DNA from: the human T2T-CHM13v2.0 reference genome, Homo sapiens
Strand: one strand, 5' to 3'
Assembly: GCF_009914755.1 (NCBI RefSeq)
Contig: NC_060929.1
Length of the DNA stretch: 64,000 bases
Part shown: positions 1 through 16,113 of the stretch, in pieces
Layout of the letters: each line of letters starts with the position of its first letter
Position numbering within the stretch: the stretch's first letter is position 1
Translations under genes and position numbers: made by a program
Notes under the pieces: model-generated
What the model saw: only the letters and a program-made list of their open reading frames with translations
What the model was told of the DNA's origin: nothing
The model's database searches: none

Positions 1-226
1 GCATATCATTGTATTCCTCAACTCAGCAAAGACTGAGCCATTAGTTCATCTTCAGCCCAAAAGGAAATGCTAAAGGTAGAAAGTGAGCTCATCACGTTTC
101 TTTGCCCTGACTAGAAAAATCTCTCAAGTATGAATTCATTTGGTTTAGTGACCTTGGCACAGTGAACTATCTTGCATCCTCTAATATACTAAATAATTTA
201 CATGGAAGGCAAGAAAAGGAGAGCAG

Positions 227-675
<449 letters not shown>

Positions 676-855
676 CTAAAACACACAGAAATAGATGCCA
701 TCTCTGAGGAGGGTAATAAGGATACAGCAAATCATCCCAACCAAGATACTACTTGGATAATTTGGATAATGTAGGTGTGGTATCCCAAGGGAATTCATTC
801 CTGGTACTACCAGTTTAACACAGGCTTTTCAGGGAATAGACAACTTCAATCTGTA

Positions 856-3800
856 TCATTATTATAAGCTGAATTTTTATTTTACTAAATTATCTATGTC
901 AAAAAAATTCTGTGCCTGGCGTGGAATTTCACTCCATCAAGTGTTACAATGATTTTTTCATTTTCATTACAAGCAGGAGAATGAATGTAGGACAAGTGTT
1001 AGGAAACATGGCAATAAATTAGAATATAATTTACAAAAGCAAAAAAATTAACAGTGTACCACATTATTACTGAGTATAAAATAATAAGCAACAACTAATC
1101 ACAATAATACAAAGGTAATTTCGTTCTGTGTTACTGAGGATACCTATGTGACATTCATTCAAACAAAAAAGTTCCTAATGAAATGGACTATTTGGAAATC
1201 ATATGTATCTCACGGGGTTTAATCATTAGGGTACATTTACCGTTCCTTTTTTAGTAGGACTTTATCCCAGTGGCAGATACTGCTCCCAGGTGTAGGGTAC
1301 CAGTTTCCCTGGGGTTCCCTAAGTAGTCTATGTAGCTCACTACTTTTGGAAGGTCTGCCATGGTGGCCCAGCCTCCACTGACAATGCTATTGTTATTATT
1401 TAGGAATAGGGCATCATGTAGCCATGGGGGTGGCTACAGAGTAGCAGCAGTATTGTGATGTGCTATGAAATAGAATTGTTTTAACCTACTCAGGTTTCAA
1501 TTCAAGGCTTACTTGAAACTGTTTCATCCTGTTACATTCTGTGCGTGGCTCCCTCTAGAAAGGCACTCTGATGCTGCCCCGGGGGATGCCTGCATTTTGT
1601 TCTCAGTGCTGGGGCACATCCCAGAAGTGACACTGACTGCCCTCCTCTTCCAGCATCAGCCAAGGTGCTGTGCAGTGCCTGGGGGATGGCCCTCACAATG
1701 GTAGTTTCCAGGTGAGGTAAAAAATAGCTTTTAGTCGGTAATAAGAAATCTTTTTGAAATAAGAACATGAGCTGATATTTATGTTGGAGAAAATCAGATC
1801 TGGATTGCAAACCTATGCCTAAAATGCCACAGAAACTGCCCATCTTTTATTTATTTCACCAGGGCACATTAGCACCAAGTTAACTGTTCTTTGAAAAGGC
1901 GCAAGGGAATTCAGTGCTCGGGCCATACTACCCATGGGCTGTTTGCCCTTCACTGAATGGCTAAGACGGCACTTGGGCTGGTCTTCTAAGGGCATCTTAG
2001 ATCCGGGCCCTGGTGATTCCTCTTGTATCATCAATAGCTCTCTCTGGAAGGCTCAGGGTTGAGAACTGTGGTGTTGAGAGAGAAAGCAGGTAACAAGATA
2101 CAGATGGTCATGACTGAGAGTGCAGAAAACATTCCATGCTGATTGTCCACAGCAAACCTGGGAGTTGTTTAGATTGGCTTTTGGTGTCTGAGGGTCTGTC
2201 TTCCTTTTGGAAAAAGCCTAGTCATCTGCATTAGATCATGATATATGTGATGCACTGACATGTAATTTAAGAGCACCATGATGGAATCAAGTCAAACATG
2301 CTGTTTAACTGAAAGTATTAACCTTACAAAATAGCCATTTAGTTTTGAGTTTTAGGTGTTGGTGCATGCATGGTGTACACCTGTGTACAATGGGGAGGCA
2401 TTTTGGACACAAAGCACATTCATCAAGAACCTGCTGCAAGCTACACGTGTTCAAGTAAAAAATATTAATATAAACAAGTACCCTTTTTCATTCTAAGTCT
2501 TGCTGTCGAGTCTTTTGATGACCAGGATGTGAAACTTGAAGATGGGGAAAATACGAGCTAGTCATTTTAATTTAGGTGGATGTGATTCCAGAATTTGACT
2601 TGCCCAAGAAACTGGGTTTCACATTTAATTGCCATTCAGAGTATCCATAAAAAATAAAAAATACTTGGTTGAGTGACTATTAAAATTATGCTTTATGATG
2701 TCTAGTCTTCATGAAATTTTCTTCTTTGGTTATTATCCCTTGCCTACTTTAAAACTCACAGAAATAGCACATTATGTGCAAGCACACTCATCTATCCACA
2801 CACTTAAAAGCGCCCGCAAACACACACACACATTTGCTCTCATATAAATAAATGCCCTTCTACCATATCAAAGAAGGGACATCTGGAACTCATCGTAATT
2901 GTCAACAAACTGCAAAAGGGTCTGCCTGGTTACCGAGCCAGTCTATCTTTTGCATGGTATCATCTCAGTAAGCTCAACACACGTGCAGCAATCCAAAGGG
3001 CAGAAGCCGTGCTGTGGCTGGGGAGGATGTAAACACAAGTGAGTTGGAGGGACTCAAATAAGAACTAAGGCATCCTGTGTGGTGGCAGCAAAGGGCCTGG
3101 TCCTTTGGTCTGTACCATACCCCAGGTCTGGTTTCTGCATGAAATTGAAATGTTTTTCTCTTAAAGTTTTAATGGAAATCTCAGCTTTACTTGCACAATG
3201 GCAAGTTGGCCACAGTCTTTCAGCACTGAGTTTATAGACTTGCACAGCTGCAGTAACTGATGCACTGCTTTAAACTATGCCCCTCATTATTGTTCAGTTT
3301 AATATAGTTTTATATATGGCTCACAGCAGTGTTCAGAACCAGGGGATTATTCCTAAGGAAATTAAGTGGAATGAAGAAAAATAATACAAACTTTCATTAC
3401 TTTTGATTTATAATTGCTCCTTAAATTATAGTTCAAAGCCCGTTTTATAATTTAAATTGTGGTGCTGTTGTAGTGAGATAAAGTACAGTAAATATTTTTA
3501 AGCTATGACTTAAGAATTCTGAACCTTCTTCACTTCCATAGTTGACCAAGTCATAACAGCTACATTTTAAACAGTTTTAAATACAAATGGATTCAGTGTC
3601 ATTGCTAAGTCCATAATAAAAATTATCTTAATGGTCCAAGGAGGTAAACAGGCTATTGGATTTACTCGAAAGAACACAAACGCTCCACAGTAAGCAAGTC
3701 TCCCTGTGTTGTTTGGATCTCTCCAATCTGGCATTCCCTCCTAATACCGTGTCCAGCACTTTGGATCAATAAATCCCACTTCACAGAAGCTAAAATAATA

Positions 3801-3953
3801 TTGAAATTTTGTCAGCTAGGGCTGACCAGTGGTTACGTTTTCCACAGGGTAATGCATTTGCAAGGACATCAATCCTCTTCCTCTGGGTGGCTCTCTTTGA
3901 TGGATGCATTTCCATGATGAAATGACAAGGCACTCTCTCTGGCTTTCTGTGGG
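856..3953 (-). other. ADAMTS6: ADAMTS6 3'UTR (approximate distal end)
   Basis: Repeat-poor, AU-rich stretch after the stop codon; ends about 20 nt past an AATAAA at 876-881. The cleavage site is inferred. Confidence 0.75.
876..881 (-). terminator. Likely distal polyadenylation signal AATAAA
   Basis: tttatt on + at 876-881; modest GU-rich sequence downstream on the minus strand. Confidence 0.7.
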
Positions 3954-4094
<141 letters not shown>

Positions 4095-6027
4095 TTAGAG
4101 GCACATAAACAAGTACATAAACAAGCCGATGGGCCTGCATGTTCAGCAAGGACCCCCTTTGGGCCAATCCACCTTGGCTTCGACCTCCATGTGGTTTTTG
4201 TTTTTGTTTTTAAGCATACCCTGCCTGGTACAGTCTACTAGAAATATTCTTTTGATATATTTTAACACAATTTAAAAAAATGTTTGCAAGGCTTTCCTTC
4301 CAGATTTTTATAAGTATGGTGTATGCCCACTGTGTCTTGAAAGAATTACCATTTGCTAGGATAAGTGATCACTTTAGACAGCTTGGAAACATGAGTCATT
4401 TTTCTTACAGCACTTTTATTGCTTCTTTCTCAAGGGTTATTTTATTCAACAGTGCAAGGTTATCCAAAATCAAACATGAGTTGCATTGTTTGATACCAAA
4501 GTACACGTCTCCAGAGAATCTCTGCATCTGTGAGGCGTGGGGATGGGCCTGGGCTGAGAGTGGCCTAGATTCAGCAACTACACTAGACAAAGAAGAAAGC
4601 TTTGAGGGGTTGGCCTCAAATGGCAGCAGTCTGTGGGTTATGGAAACATGTAGAAATGTCTTTTTTTAATTTGGAAGTGAGACATGGTCTTCTTTTTTCC
4701 TATGTGTATTTTCTCCTCAGTGCTAGAACTGCCACAGTTGCAGTCTGCAGTTCTTGCAGCCAGAAGGTGAATAAATGATTCTTTCTCCATCTCCCCTTGA
4801 GGCTGGTTGCAGAAGGTGGGATGAGGGTCCAGTGTAGAGAAAGGGACATGGGCCTTTGATTCTCAGAACTCCCCCTGGCTCCATACAACCCCACTGCTAG
4901 CAATAATATTCTTTTCCAGTATTCTGGTCACTTTTGTTTGGAGACTTTAGGATACTCTGTAAACTTAGTAATGAAATTTTCACATGCCTGCTAGAACCAA
5001 AGTTCCACCCTCATTTTTCCAGGTAGTTATACTGAAGCATCCTGGGTAAATTGTTGAAGGTAATTAGGAATCAGGCTGGGCAGTGGGTAATGTTCAGTGT
5101 TACAGACAGTTTTTGTTGTTTGCTTGTTTTTTCCTGGCTTCAAAAACCCACTGAAGTTCTAAGAGATCAGATACATTGTAGTTTATCACATGAGCCATAT
5201 GATAAACATGGAAAATTAAGTACAAAGACATGGAAAAGTTCCCAGTTCTTATTATTGAATATGAAGATAACAATCTTATTGATCTCAATTTTTAAAGGCT
5301 CCTTTGGTGAAAGTCTTAAAATTTGAAACTGGAACTCCCAAATCCACTGAAAACATCTCTGCCACCACCCAGCTCCCTTACTCAACATTTCACTTACAAA
5401 GAGATTAATAGCTAGAAATATGAATTAAAACTTTTCACACCAGGATTCTCAGTAAATTTAAGTTTTAGCTGGAAGAAGGTAGAAGAGGGACAAATCACTT
5501 AACCTCTTTGTGCTTAAGTTTTCTCATCTGTAAAACAGAAATGATTAGAGAACCCACACTCAACGTGTAACATGTAAGACTACACGTGTATCCTTACGAA
5601 CGTCAACTACAGCAGTGCCTGGAACACAGGAAGTATGGGATAAGTGTAGGATACTGAATTGCTATTATTATTACAATTATTAGTTATTAGTATCTTTATT
5701 GCCTGACAGAAAGGAAGCAAGGAGTTACTCTCCAAATATCTCAATGAGGATGCAATATTTGAACTACTACTGAGAAAATACTGCCCTAAAGACACAAGTC
5801 AGTTTGCAGACAAAACAAAGTGGAGTATTTCCTGGGGAACAACTTCATTAGATTTACTACTCCATTTTTAGAAGAGTAGCTGGACCAAGAAAACTCTGAG
5901 TTGAGCAAATTAGAAGTAAATTCACCAGTTTAAATTATAATACATAATGAATGAAATAGAATATTCATAAATTGCTTCTCCCTTCACCTGCCTACCCACC
6001 CACCCATTAAGGCTATTATAAATAGTT

Positions 6028-6335
<308 letters not shown>

Positions 6336-6619
6336 TCAAATATGAATAGTCAGGGATTTTGTTCCTTAGATGAGTGCTAGAAATAAGACTCTTCTCTACA
6401 TGCAGAGGCCCAGAACACAGCCTTTTGTTCAGAGGCAGTATCTAGCCTGTGGGCAGGCTGGAGGCCAGCTATCAGGATGTTCCTTTCTGAACTTCCCAAT
6501 ACCCTTGTTAAGTTAGTTCCCACTTAACTTGATTGGAAGCAGGAAGTCCGTAGGTTCTGGGAACAGGATCAAGCTTAGGGACATTGGGATTATGAGTGTC
6601 CCCTGAGTTGCCTGCAGCG

Positions 6620-6880
6620 GCAACACAACCCAGTAGTTAGGGGCAGGAGATCTGGATTCAGGTGGGCCTGGGGGTGAATTCTGGCTCTGCCTCTTCTAGG
6701 AGTTGATTGTCCTCTGCCAAGTTACTTCACCTCTCTAAATCTCAGATTCTTCATCTCCAAAATAAAGACTATGATAAGGTCTGCTCATAGGATGTTGTGA
6801 GGTTTGCATGAGGTAATACAGATAATGCATGTGCCATGGCACCTGGCTCAGAGTAAGCATTGTTCATTAGTTCTCATTAT
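6620..6880. mobile_element. MIR relic (others near 5490-5690, 14560-14860, 36240-36400)
   Basis: MIR core-like caagttacttcacctctct...tcttcatct. Confidence 0.6.
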
Positions 6881-7364
6881 TAACAGCAAAACATCTGCCT
6901 CTGAGAACAACTATCATGTATTATTTCTCTGGGATCCCTGTCAAAATAAATATAGTCTCAGAAAGGGTTACACATTTACGCATTTAAGCAAAATATCAGA
7001 AAGCTATTAAACAGAAAGCAAGAAAATTATGATGAGGGCAGGAGTGGGGAAAGACCTGTGGGAGATCTGGAGACTTCAGGACTCAAACATTAATATGGAG
7101 ATTCCTAGGCTGTATGGAAGATCCGGTTCCTACTTCTTGGTTTTGCCTTCTAGGAACTGGCCTGACTAGAAGAATCAGTTCATTACATCTTTAGATTTGA
7201 TGAAAATCTATTCACCAACCACGACTCATCTTTTATTCTCTTTTAACTCCACAAGAGCTTAATTTAGTAGTGACAGCATTAAAAATTATAATTTATCAAG
7301 CATATCATTTGTGTAAGGCACAACATAAACATATATTATATATATATGTTAATCCTTTTAAGTT

Positions 7365-7709
7365 CAGTCATGTGTTGCTCAATGATGGGGATATTCTCTG
7401 AGAAATGCATTGTTAGGTGATTTTGTCAATGTGCAAACATCTTAGAGTGTACTTTCACAAACCTAGATGGTATAGCCTATTGTACACCTGGGCTACATGG
7501 TATAGCCTATTGCTCCTGGGCTACAAACCTGCACAGCATATTACTATACTGAATATTGTAGGCAGTTGGAACACAATGGTAAGTATTTGTGTATCTAAAT
7601 ATATAACATAGAAAAGATCCAGTAAAAATATAGTATTATAATCTTATAGGACCACCTTTGTATATGTAGTCTGTTGTTGACCAAAACATCATTATACAGT
7701 CCATGACCG
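7365..7709. mobile_element. Tigger3a-like non-autonomous DNA transposon
   Basis: Ends cagtcatg...catgaccg; internal similarity to the recalled consensus. Confidence 0.75.
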
Positions 7710-8400
7710 TATATAAAATGTCAGCTTTATATAGACAGCAAAACATAAGCTCAAAAAGATTATGAAACTCATGCTGGGTCACACAGCTAGTTGGTCTAAG
7801 AACAGGTTTATCTGACTCCAGAGCCATTCTATTTCAGCAATATTCTTAGCATCTAAATGCAAGAAGTTTCTACCTGTCTCTGACTCTGTATTCTTGGCTG
7901 ACAACACTGATAAATCAACTTGGAGCATCATAGTCAGGTTTCGTTTCTTTAAGAGTTTGCTGTTCCACCTTAGAGAAGGGGATCTATGTTTTTTAAAAGG
8001 AGGTTTCCAGAATAGCATCTGAATTATTTAGAATAGCCTGAATTATCCCTTTATACTTTTTGTCACTATATATTCCTCCTCAAATTTTGTAAAAGTACAC
8101 AAGTGAAAAGGTGATTTTAGACACACCAAGAAGTTTTAAAGCCCCATTATTACAGAAAACTGAAAGTAATCTTCAAAATATTAGTACCAGTTTTAAATTA
8201 TATTGGGGCATTCAACCCATCTACCACTTTTAGCTTAGCTAGAGAGGACTGATTTGCTGTGCTCATTGCAATTATGCTGATGTCGTTGAGAGGCCTTAAT
8301 TATAAAACTTATTTCATTAATCTGCCTCATCCTTAAAGCCCAGTGAAATTATGAAAGCCTTTTCTCTTCTACCCTTGAGCAGTACAACTTACTATTGTTT

Positions 8401-8498
8401 AAAAAAAACACAAAAAAACGAAAACAAAACAAAACAAACAAAAAACCAAAAAAACAAAAACAAAAAACACCAAAAAAAACCCACCACCACCACCAAAA
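8401..8498. repeat. A/C-rich low-complexity tract
   Basis: (CAAAA)n and (CAC)n mixture. Confidence 0.85.
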
Positions 8499-11099
8499 AT
8501 ATTCTGGAAAAGCTGTATATAAGTTAAATCACATATCCCATTGAAATTAAAACAATAACAAATGTTCTGTTTTAATTTCTGAATGATTTACAGTTGGCAT
8601 TGATTTCTAGCTGATACTTAAAATGTTTAAAAATTCAAAATTCCTCTATACCCAAGTAGTGCATAATGTGCAGCAAATAAATAATACTAAGAGGTCCATT
8701 CAAAAGAATTACTTAGTTTCAGGTTTTTTTGGTATTATAATCACTCTGTAGTTAATTTGTTTTGAAGGTTTGAGCTTTACTGTCATACTTTCTTCATGCA
8801 AACACACTTATATCTATCTACTTACTGCTTTCTAAGTAGTGGAATCTAAGCCAGTGGGTCAAGGATTTTAAGATGAAGGAGGCTTATTTTCTCTTCGACT
8901 ATCATCATGTACCAGCTAAGTACTCTCCTAGGAGAAGAATGACAAGACACCCTTTCTACCCTTTTCCTGTGAGGATATTGGAAAGGTAAGAGGTCCTTAT
9001 CTTGTGGTTTCTAGTTAACATTTTGTAAACCTAATTATTCTCTCCTCTTTTTACACCCCACTCCACCCCTGAAAGAAAAGTTACACTTTACCCAGGACTA
9101 GAGACTTCTGGTGGGAATGACTTTACGGAGAATTCCCAAATTCTTCTCAGAGAGACTTGGGAAGACATCAAGGGCTGAAAGCCAGCCCCTAGGCGCTGAA
9201 ATGTGAACTGGATCCATTATTAGAATCTGAAGTAATTTGCCAGGCATGCTGGAGTGGTTCTCATTGGTAATCTGGGTTTTGGTAGAGTTGAATGATAAAA
9301 TTAGACAACCTGTTTCATAGGCAACACATGAATCTACTTAACATTGATGTGCCAATGAGTTTTTCCCCAGGTGCTTTACATTAATCTTTCAAAACTCTGA
9401 CCTAAAAGACTTGCTTTCAAAATATACTGAATAGAGGTTTATGAATTTAGAATGCAATTAGATTCAGATTAATTGTGACTTTGAAGGCTTGATTTGGTCC
9501 AAGAAATACAAGACCAAGTCCTCAAATGCAGGGCTTTTGCATTTATGTCACTGAATGTTACAAAGCTTGCCTACTTGTCTCACTGGAGTTGGGAGATACC
9601 CTTCATGACCAGGTTGGACCATCAGCATCTCTCTTTGGAGAATGCATGCCCTCTGTTTCTGTAAACTCCTTATGTGGTTCAGAAGAAGAAAACAGTAAGT
9701 GAAGAGTTATGACTTAAGCACCTAAAGGTCTATCTTTTGGATTTAAAAAGTACAAACAGCTGTGCTTCTGACAAACTGCCCATGGAAATGCAGAACCTGA
9801 TGAGAAGTGAGATAGCAAAGGTTGTGCATGCGTGGCACAGGAGTTGGGGTGGGGAATGTGAACTCAGTGTACTTCTCCTAATAAAGTTGTACTTGACCCC
9901 TTGACATTTTACATATTCAGACTAGAAAAGGATGAAATGGCAACTTTTGCTTGGGAACCTAACATTATTCATTGTAACAGAACAGTACACCAGCTTATTT
10001 TTATCCTTGAAGCAAGATGATATCAGCTATCGAACTTTACACTGATTTCAATTTCCCATAGACTAGACCATTCCTTTCTCTCTTTGCTTTCTCAAGTTTC
10101 TTTTTATTTAGTCTTATTCCCTGGATGCCACCCACATTCAACCTGGAGGTGGTATAATCTCAACCCAAATCCAGGGTTCCCTCCAGACCAGACAGCCAGG
10201 AATGTGAACCTGCATGCTAAGTGAATTACGAACTCTTTGAAGTGGTAAAGAAAAAAACTGGCCTTCCTCACCTCTTTGAAACCAAAGCCTTCAAATGACC
10301 TTTATCGTTCCTTTACTGATTTTAATACATCAGGTTCCACATTAAAACCCAAATGCAGTAGCTAGTTTGACCAAAATTCTTGGTTTGAGATTTCTGGAGC
10401 TGCCTAAGCTTTCCCAGAGCTATTTACATGAGGGAGTCTAAGAGCCACCAAAGCCACCATTAGACATCCTGGGCTGGTAAACCATTGTACACTAACCACA
10501 CCTTTCCTGGATTGGTTACCAGCCCATGGCACACCATGAATCACGACCTGACAGCAATAAATACTCTGTGACAGAGTTCCTTGTACTATTGAGAAGCTGA
10601 AAAGACTCACTATATAAACTACAAGGGAACTTGAAACTGCATGAAAGATGAATAAAATGGCATTTTGGATAGAATTTCAGGTGAGCTTGAGGTTAGTCCC
10701 AACTGACATATGTACTTCAAAAAATTACTCTGAGTAGTATTGCAAATGTACTGATACCCAGGGTGGCTTTAATTCACTTTTAGCAGCAACATAGTGTTAC
10801 CCTCATCAGTGGCAGTCTGTCAAGATCATGCCTATAATGTTTTAACCCTTTGCCAAAGGCTTTCAGAAACAAAAAACTAAAGCAGATGTTGAACACAGCA
10901 AATTGTATCTCCCTTCTTCTTCCTCCCATTTCCCTCTTGCTATTTTAATTTTTTGAAACCCTGCTTCTGATTTCCTTATTATCATTTGTTGCTTGACCTC
11001 CCTCCATTTCTTCAATCTCTCTCAATTTATTTTATTTTTTAATCTTATTCAAATTCCATTATCTTATTAAAGCTTCAGAGGACTAATGTGTTTAATTTC

Positions 11100-11905
11100 C
11101 CTACAGATGCCTGAATTCCTTCATGATTAATGATGGTACACAGTTACCTAAATCTGAAATGTGGGAGTCATCCTGAACGCCTCCATATCTCTCATCTCCA
11201 TGTCTAACTGTTCATCAGGCTCTTTTTATTCTCCTTTCATTTTATTATTTTCCCCCCAGTTCATCACTCTCCTTTTAATCCCTACAATATCTGCCTTAGT
11301 TCACGCCTCCATCCTCTCTTGCCTGGACTCTTAGAAAAATTCTTTCTCATTCTACTCCCACACAAGGCTGCCCTCCCTCTGCTTCGTTACCCTTCTGTCA
11401 TCCTGAGCATATCAAACCCCAGTTTTTTTTCACTTGTTCCCTATAACCCAAAGATAGAGTCCTAGCTTCCTTCCACTACATGTGGAGTCTCCAAAACCAA
11501 GTCCCTGCCTCTCTCTCTGTAGCCTCATCTGCACTGCCTGCTCATCTCCCAACCCACCGCAGCGATAGCAAACTGCCTCCATGCCCCTGTGACTGCACAC
11601 ACTTGTCCTCTGTCAGGAATGCCCTGCATTTCAATGTCTTCTGGGTAAACTGTTTCCTACCTTCCATGTCCAGCTCAGCTTGCCTTCTCTGTGATGCTTC
11701 TGCTGATTACCTGCTCCTCTGTGCACTCATGGTCACTTCTTGCCACGCCTGGAACAGTACTGCTCATATTGTCAAAATTATTTGTATGTTGCCAATCCTA
11801 CTAAACCTTTGAGAACAGGGAACCTGTTGCATTGCGTTCATAGTCTTGGTGCCTAGCACATGGTAAGTATGTTTGCTAAGTAAATAAATTAATGATTGGA
11901 TGAAT
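11100..11905. mobile_element. L2 relic (others near 33470-33530 and 34200-34650)
   Basis: Pyrimidine-rich body, gtgcctagcaca and (TGAA)-like tail. Confidence 0.55.
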
Positions 11906-12328
11906 GTAGGATGTTATTTAAAAAATCATAAGCTTGAGGAATGGATGGGCAGATATATGCACATATATGAAAAAGCATGTTCAGTAAATGATAATGCTAT
12001 GGTTTGGTGCAAAAGTAATTTCAGTTTTTGCCATTAAAAGTAATATAATCTAGATGGTGGATGTTCACTGTAAAATTCTTTCAGCTTTGCTGTATGTTTG
12101 AAACTTCTAATTTTTTTCATAATGAAATACTGATAGGAGGGAGACCATTACCCAAACCTTGGTAGTCAAAACAATTCTCAACATTCTATCTGTGGCCCAT
12201 TTAATTCATAGAGATTCAACTGAAAGACTATTTTAGATCTCAATACGTCTCCCCAAATCCTGCCCTGTCTTGGGGTAGAGTTGAAGTGGTTTTTCAGTAG
12301 CCTCGTACTATGAGTCATGGGAATCTGA

Positions 12329-12715
<387 letters not shown>

Positions 12716-12752
12716 TTAACTTTTCCTTGCTAAAAGGCATTTCTTTCCTCCA

Positions 12753-13439
<687 letters not shown>

Positions 13440-14720
13440 TCCTTGTCTCTTTTGAAATCTATGTTATCCGTCCATTCCATATCTCTATGGATTAAAACTT
13501 GTAATTCAGCTCATAATGTTTTATTCACTTTTCCCAAGGTACACACTGGGTTTTTCCAACTATGTGTTATATAGATGGCTTACTGATTACTTAGTCTATG
13601 AAGCCTGCCTTGATGGAAAATGTTACCTCATTGGTCCTTCATTTGAGCACTTGTGCAAACTGCTCCACACAACACATTTCCCCTTCCTTTCTTAAATTTT
13701 TTTGAATTAAAAAAATTTTCATTTAAGTATTTGCCCTGAAAGACTATGAACTTATAAATATATTTAAATTTTCCATAATAAATAGCAGAGGCTGGCCACA
13801 GAAAGCATTCAGTAATTAGCTGCTGATTAAATGAACAAATAGTTTCAGATATTTAAATGCATTCCATATATGCTATTGGGAAATTAAAGGGAACACAAAA
13901 CAAGTTATGACAGATGTATCATTTGTACTTTAAATCTAATTTTGTAAAGAGAGTTATCTTCTTTCTTTTAAATGAGTTGACAGCTTTAGATAATAATGAT
14001 TCTAACATGAGTCATACTTTGCAGGATTAATAATTTCCTAAAAATTTCCTCCTTTACTGAGAAGTCTAAATATATTGTTTTTACTGCTTACTTTAGAATA
14101 ATATTAATAAAAAGCGATTTAGCCAGGTAGATGAAATAACCATGAGGTGTTTCTCCAAATAACCCAAGAAACCTCAAATTAACACGTATCCATTTTAAGA
14201 CAATTCCCTTAAGGCAGAAATTAGCACAGGTACAAATGATATTCTGCCTACTCTGAAAATAGTTTTGAAACTTATTATACATAAACTGCAAAGTTTATCT
14301 ATAATGATTATGCATTATAGAGAAGATTTTGGAGAAATTATTAAAATTGTCTGAAATGAAGGTATGAGCATAACTTCCACAGATATATTGTTTTAGGCAT
14401 GTCAAAAGGCAGTTCTTTCAGCAATGACTTAGGCTTAATCTATTGAATTAGGCTGACAGTCATGCCAGAAATGTTTTACTTCAAAATCAGAAACTCTTGC
14501 TTTTATGTCAAAATACCCTACTTTAAAGACTAAATTAAGAATAGCATGCAACTATAGTTGAAATGGACAGGTACTTGGACCCTACCAAATGTGGGTTCAG
14601 ATCCTGACTCTACTACTTCCTAATCTTTAAACTGGGCAAATCACTATCTTCCCCTGTGCCTCACTTTCTTCATTAATAATACCAACTCTTAGAAGCTTGT
14701 TGTCAGGATTATATAAGATA

Positions 14721-14722
<2 letters not shown>

Positions 14723-14758
<36 letters not shown>
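14723..14758. repeat. (CA)n microsatellite
   Basis: About 18 perfect units. Confidence 0.97.
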
Positions 14759-14763
<5 letters not shown>

Positions 14764-14991
14764 GAGAGAGATCTATTTGTGTATGTGAGATATATAAGAC
14801 AGATAATATATATAAAGGGCCTAACATAATACCCAACACAGAATAATTTAATATGATAGTTATATCCTCTCTCCTACCTTAACCTTGTATCTTCCAATTC
14901 TGAAAGAAAAAGAGAACCCCAAACTCATGTGATCTATTGCTAACTTACAATGGATAAAAGAAATCATTTGCTGGAGTCTTACAGAAGACAG

Positions 14992-15308
14992 ATTTTGTTC
15001 TGTTTTGTTTTGGGGGGGTTTTTCTGAGACAGAGTCTCAGTCTGTTGCCCTGGCTGGAGTGCAGTGGCATGATCAGGGCTCACTGCAGCCTCAACTTCCT
15101 GAGTTCAAGTGATCCTCCTGCCTCAGCCTCCCAAGGAGCTATGACTACAGCCACATACCACCATGCCTAGCTAACTTTTTTATTTTTTGTAGAGACAGTG
15201 TCTCACTATGCTGCCCAGCATGGTCTTGAACTCCTGGGCTCAAGTGATCCTCCCAACTCAACCCTCTGAAAGTGCTGAGATTACAGATGTGAGCCACCAC
15301 ACCCAGCT
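14992..15308 (-). mobile_element. AluJ-like
   Basis: Diverged antisense dimer. Confidence 0.88.
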
Positions 15309-16113
15309 AAGAGATTTTTTTTTTTAAAGATAATTTAAAAGATAATTTTTTTCCAAGAAAAATACTTTTGTTTGTTATGGATTTTGAGCCCTTCTCAAGA
15401 GAGGGAAAGCTAGATTTCCAGAATCTAAAGGGACAAAAAAGAAGTAGCAGTAAAGCCAGAGATTCTGCAAAATTTAAAGTTGTGATTTTTAATTAATGTA
15501 GCATAGGGTTATACATTTTGAAAGAGTAAATTATGTGTATAATAAGTGCATTGTGTTGAGGCTTAAGTATAAAAAAACAGACCATTTGCAAAGATGCAAG
15601 GTGTCTGGATCTTGTCATACAAGATCACTTTCTTAAAATTCCCAAGAAAACACTTTTAAATAGTGAGTATTATTTTTAAGAATCCTTTGAATTAGACAGA
15701 GTTGATCAAAAGAAAGAGATCTCTCTTGAAGAGGTTTATAAACATGTAGTTTTCACTTGAAAAATATTAACAAATTATTTGACTATATATTAATGATAGG
15801 TTTTTTCAGGGCCTTATAATTTAAATTTGCGGCTTCAGGTGTTGTTCATGTGCATATATTTGACCCTGCCTGTATTTTCATGTGAGAAGGCAGTCTAAAC
15901 TTCTGCACTATGCCATGTTTGTCTTCACATTCTTGATAATTTCTGTCATAGTGACTCGCACATAGTAGCATTCAAGCAATTCCTAATGAATGCCTAAAAG
16001 AATAAAGAAATTACTTTCATTTAAATAACAGATTTTAAAAAGTCACGATTGTGGCCGGGGGGTGGGGCATCTGCTGTTAATAAAGGGATTTCCCAATGAA
16101 TAAGAAACAGACA

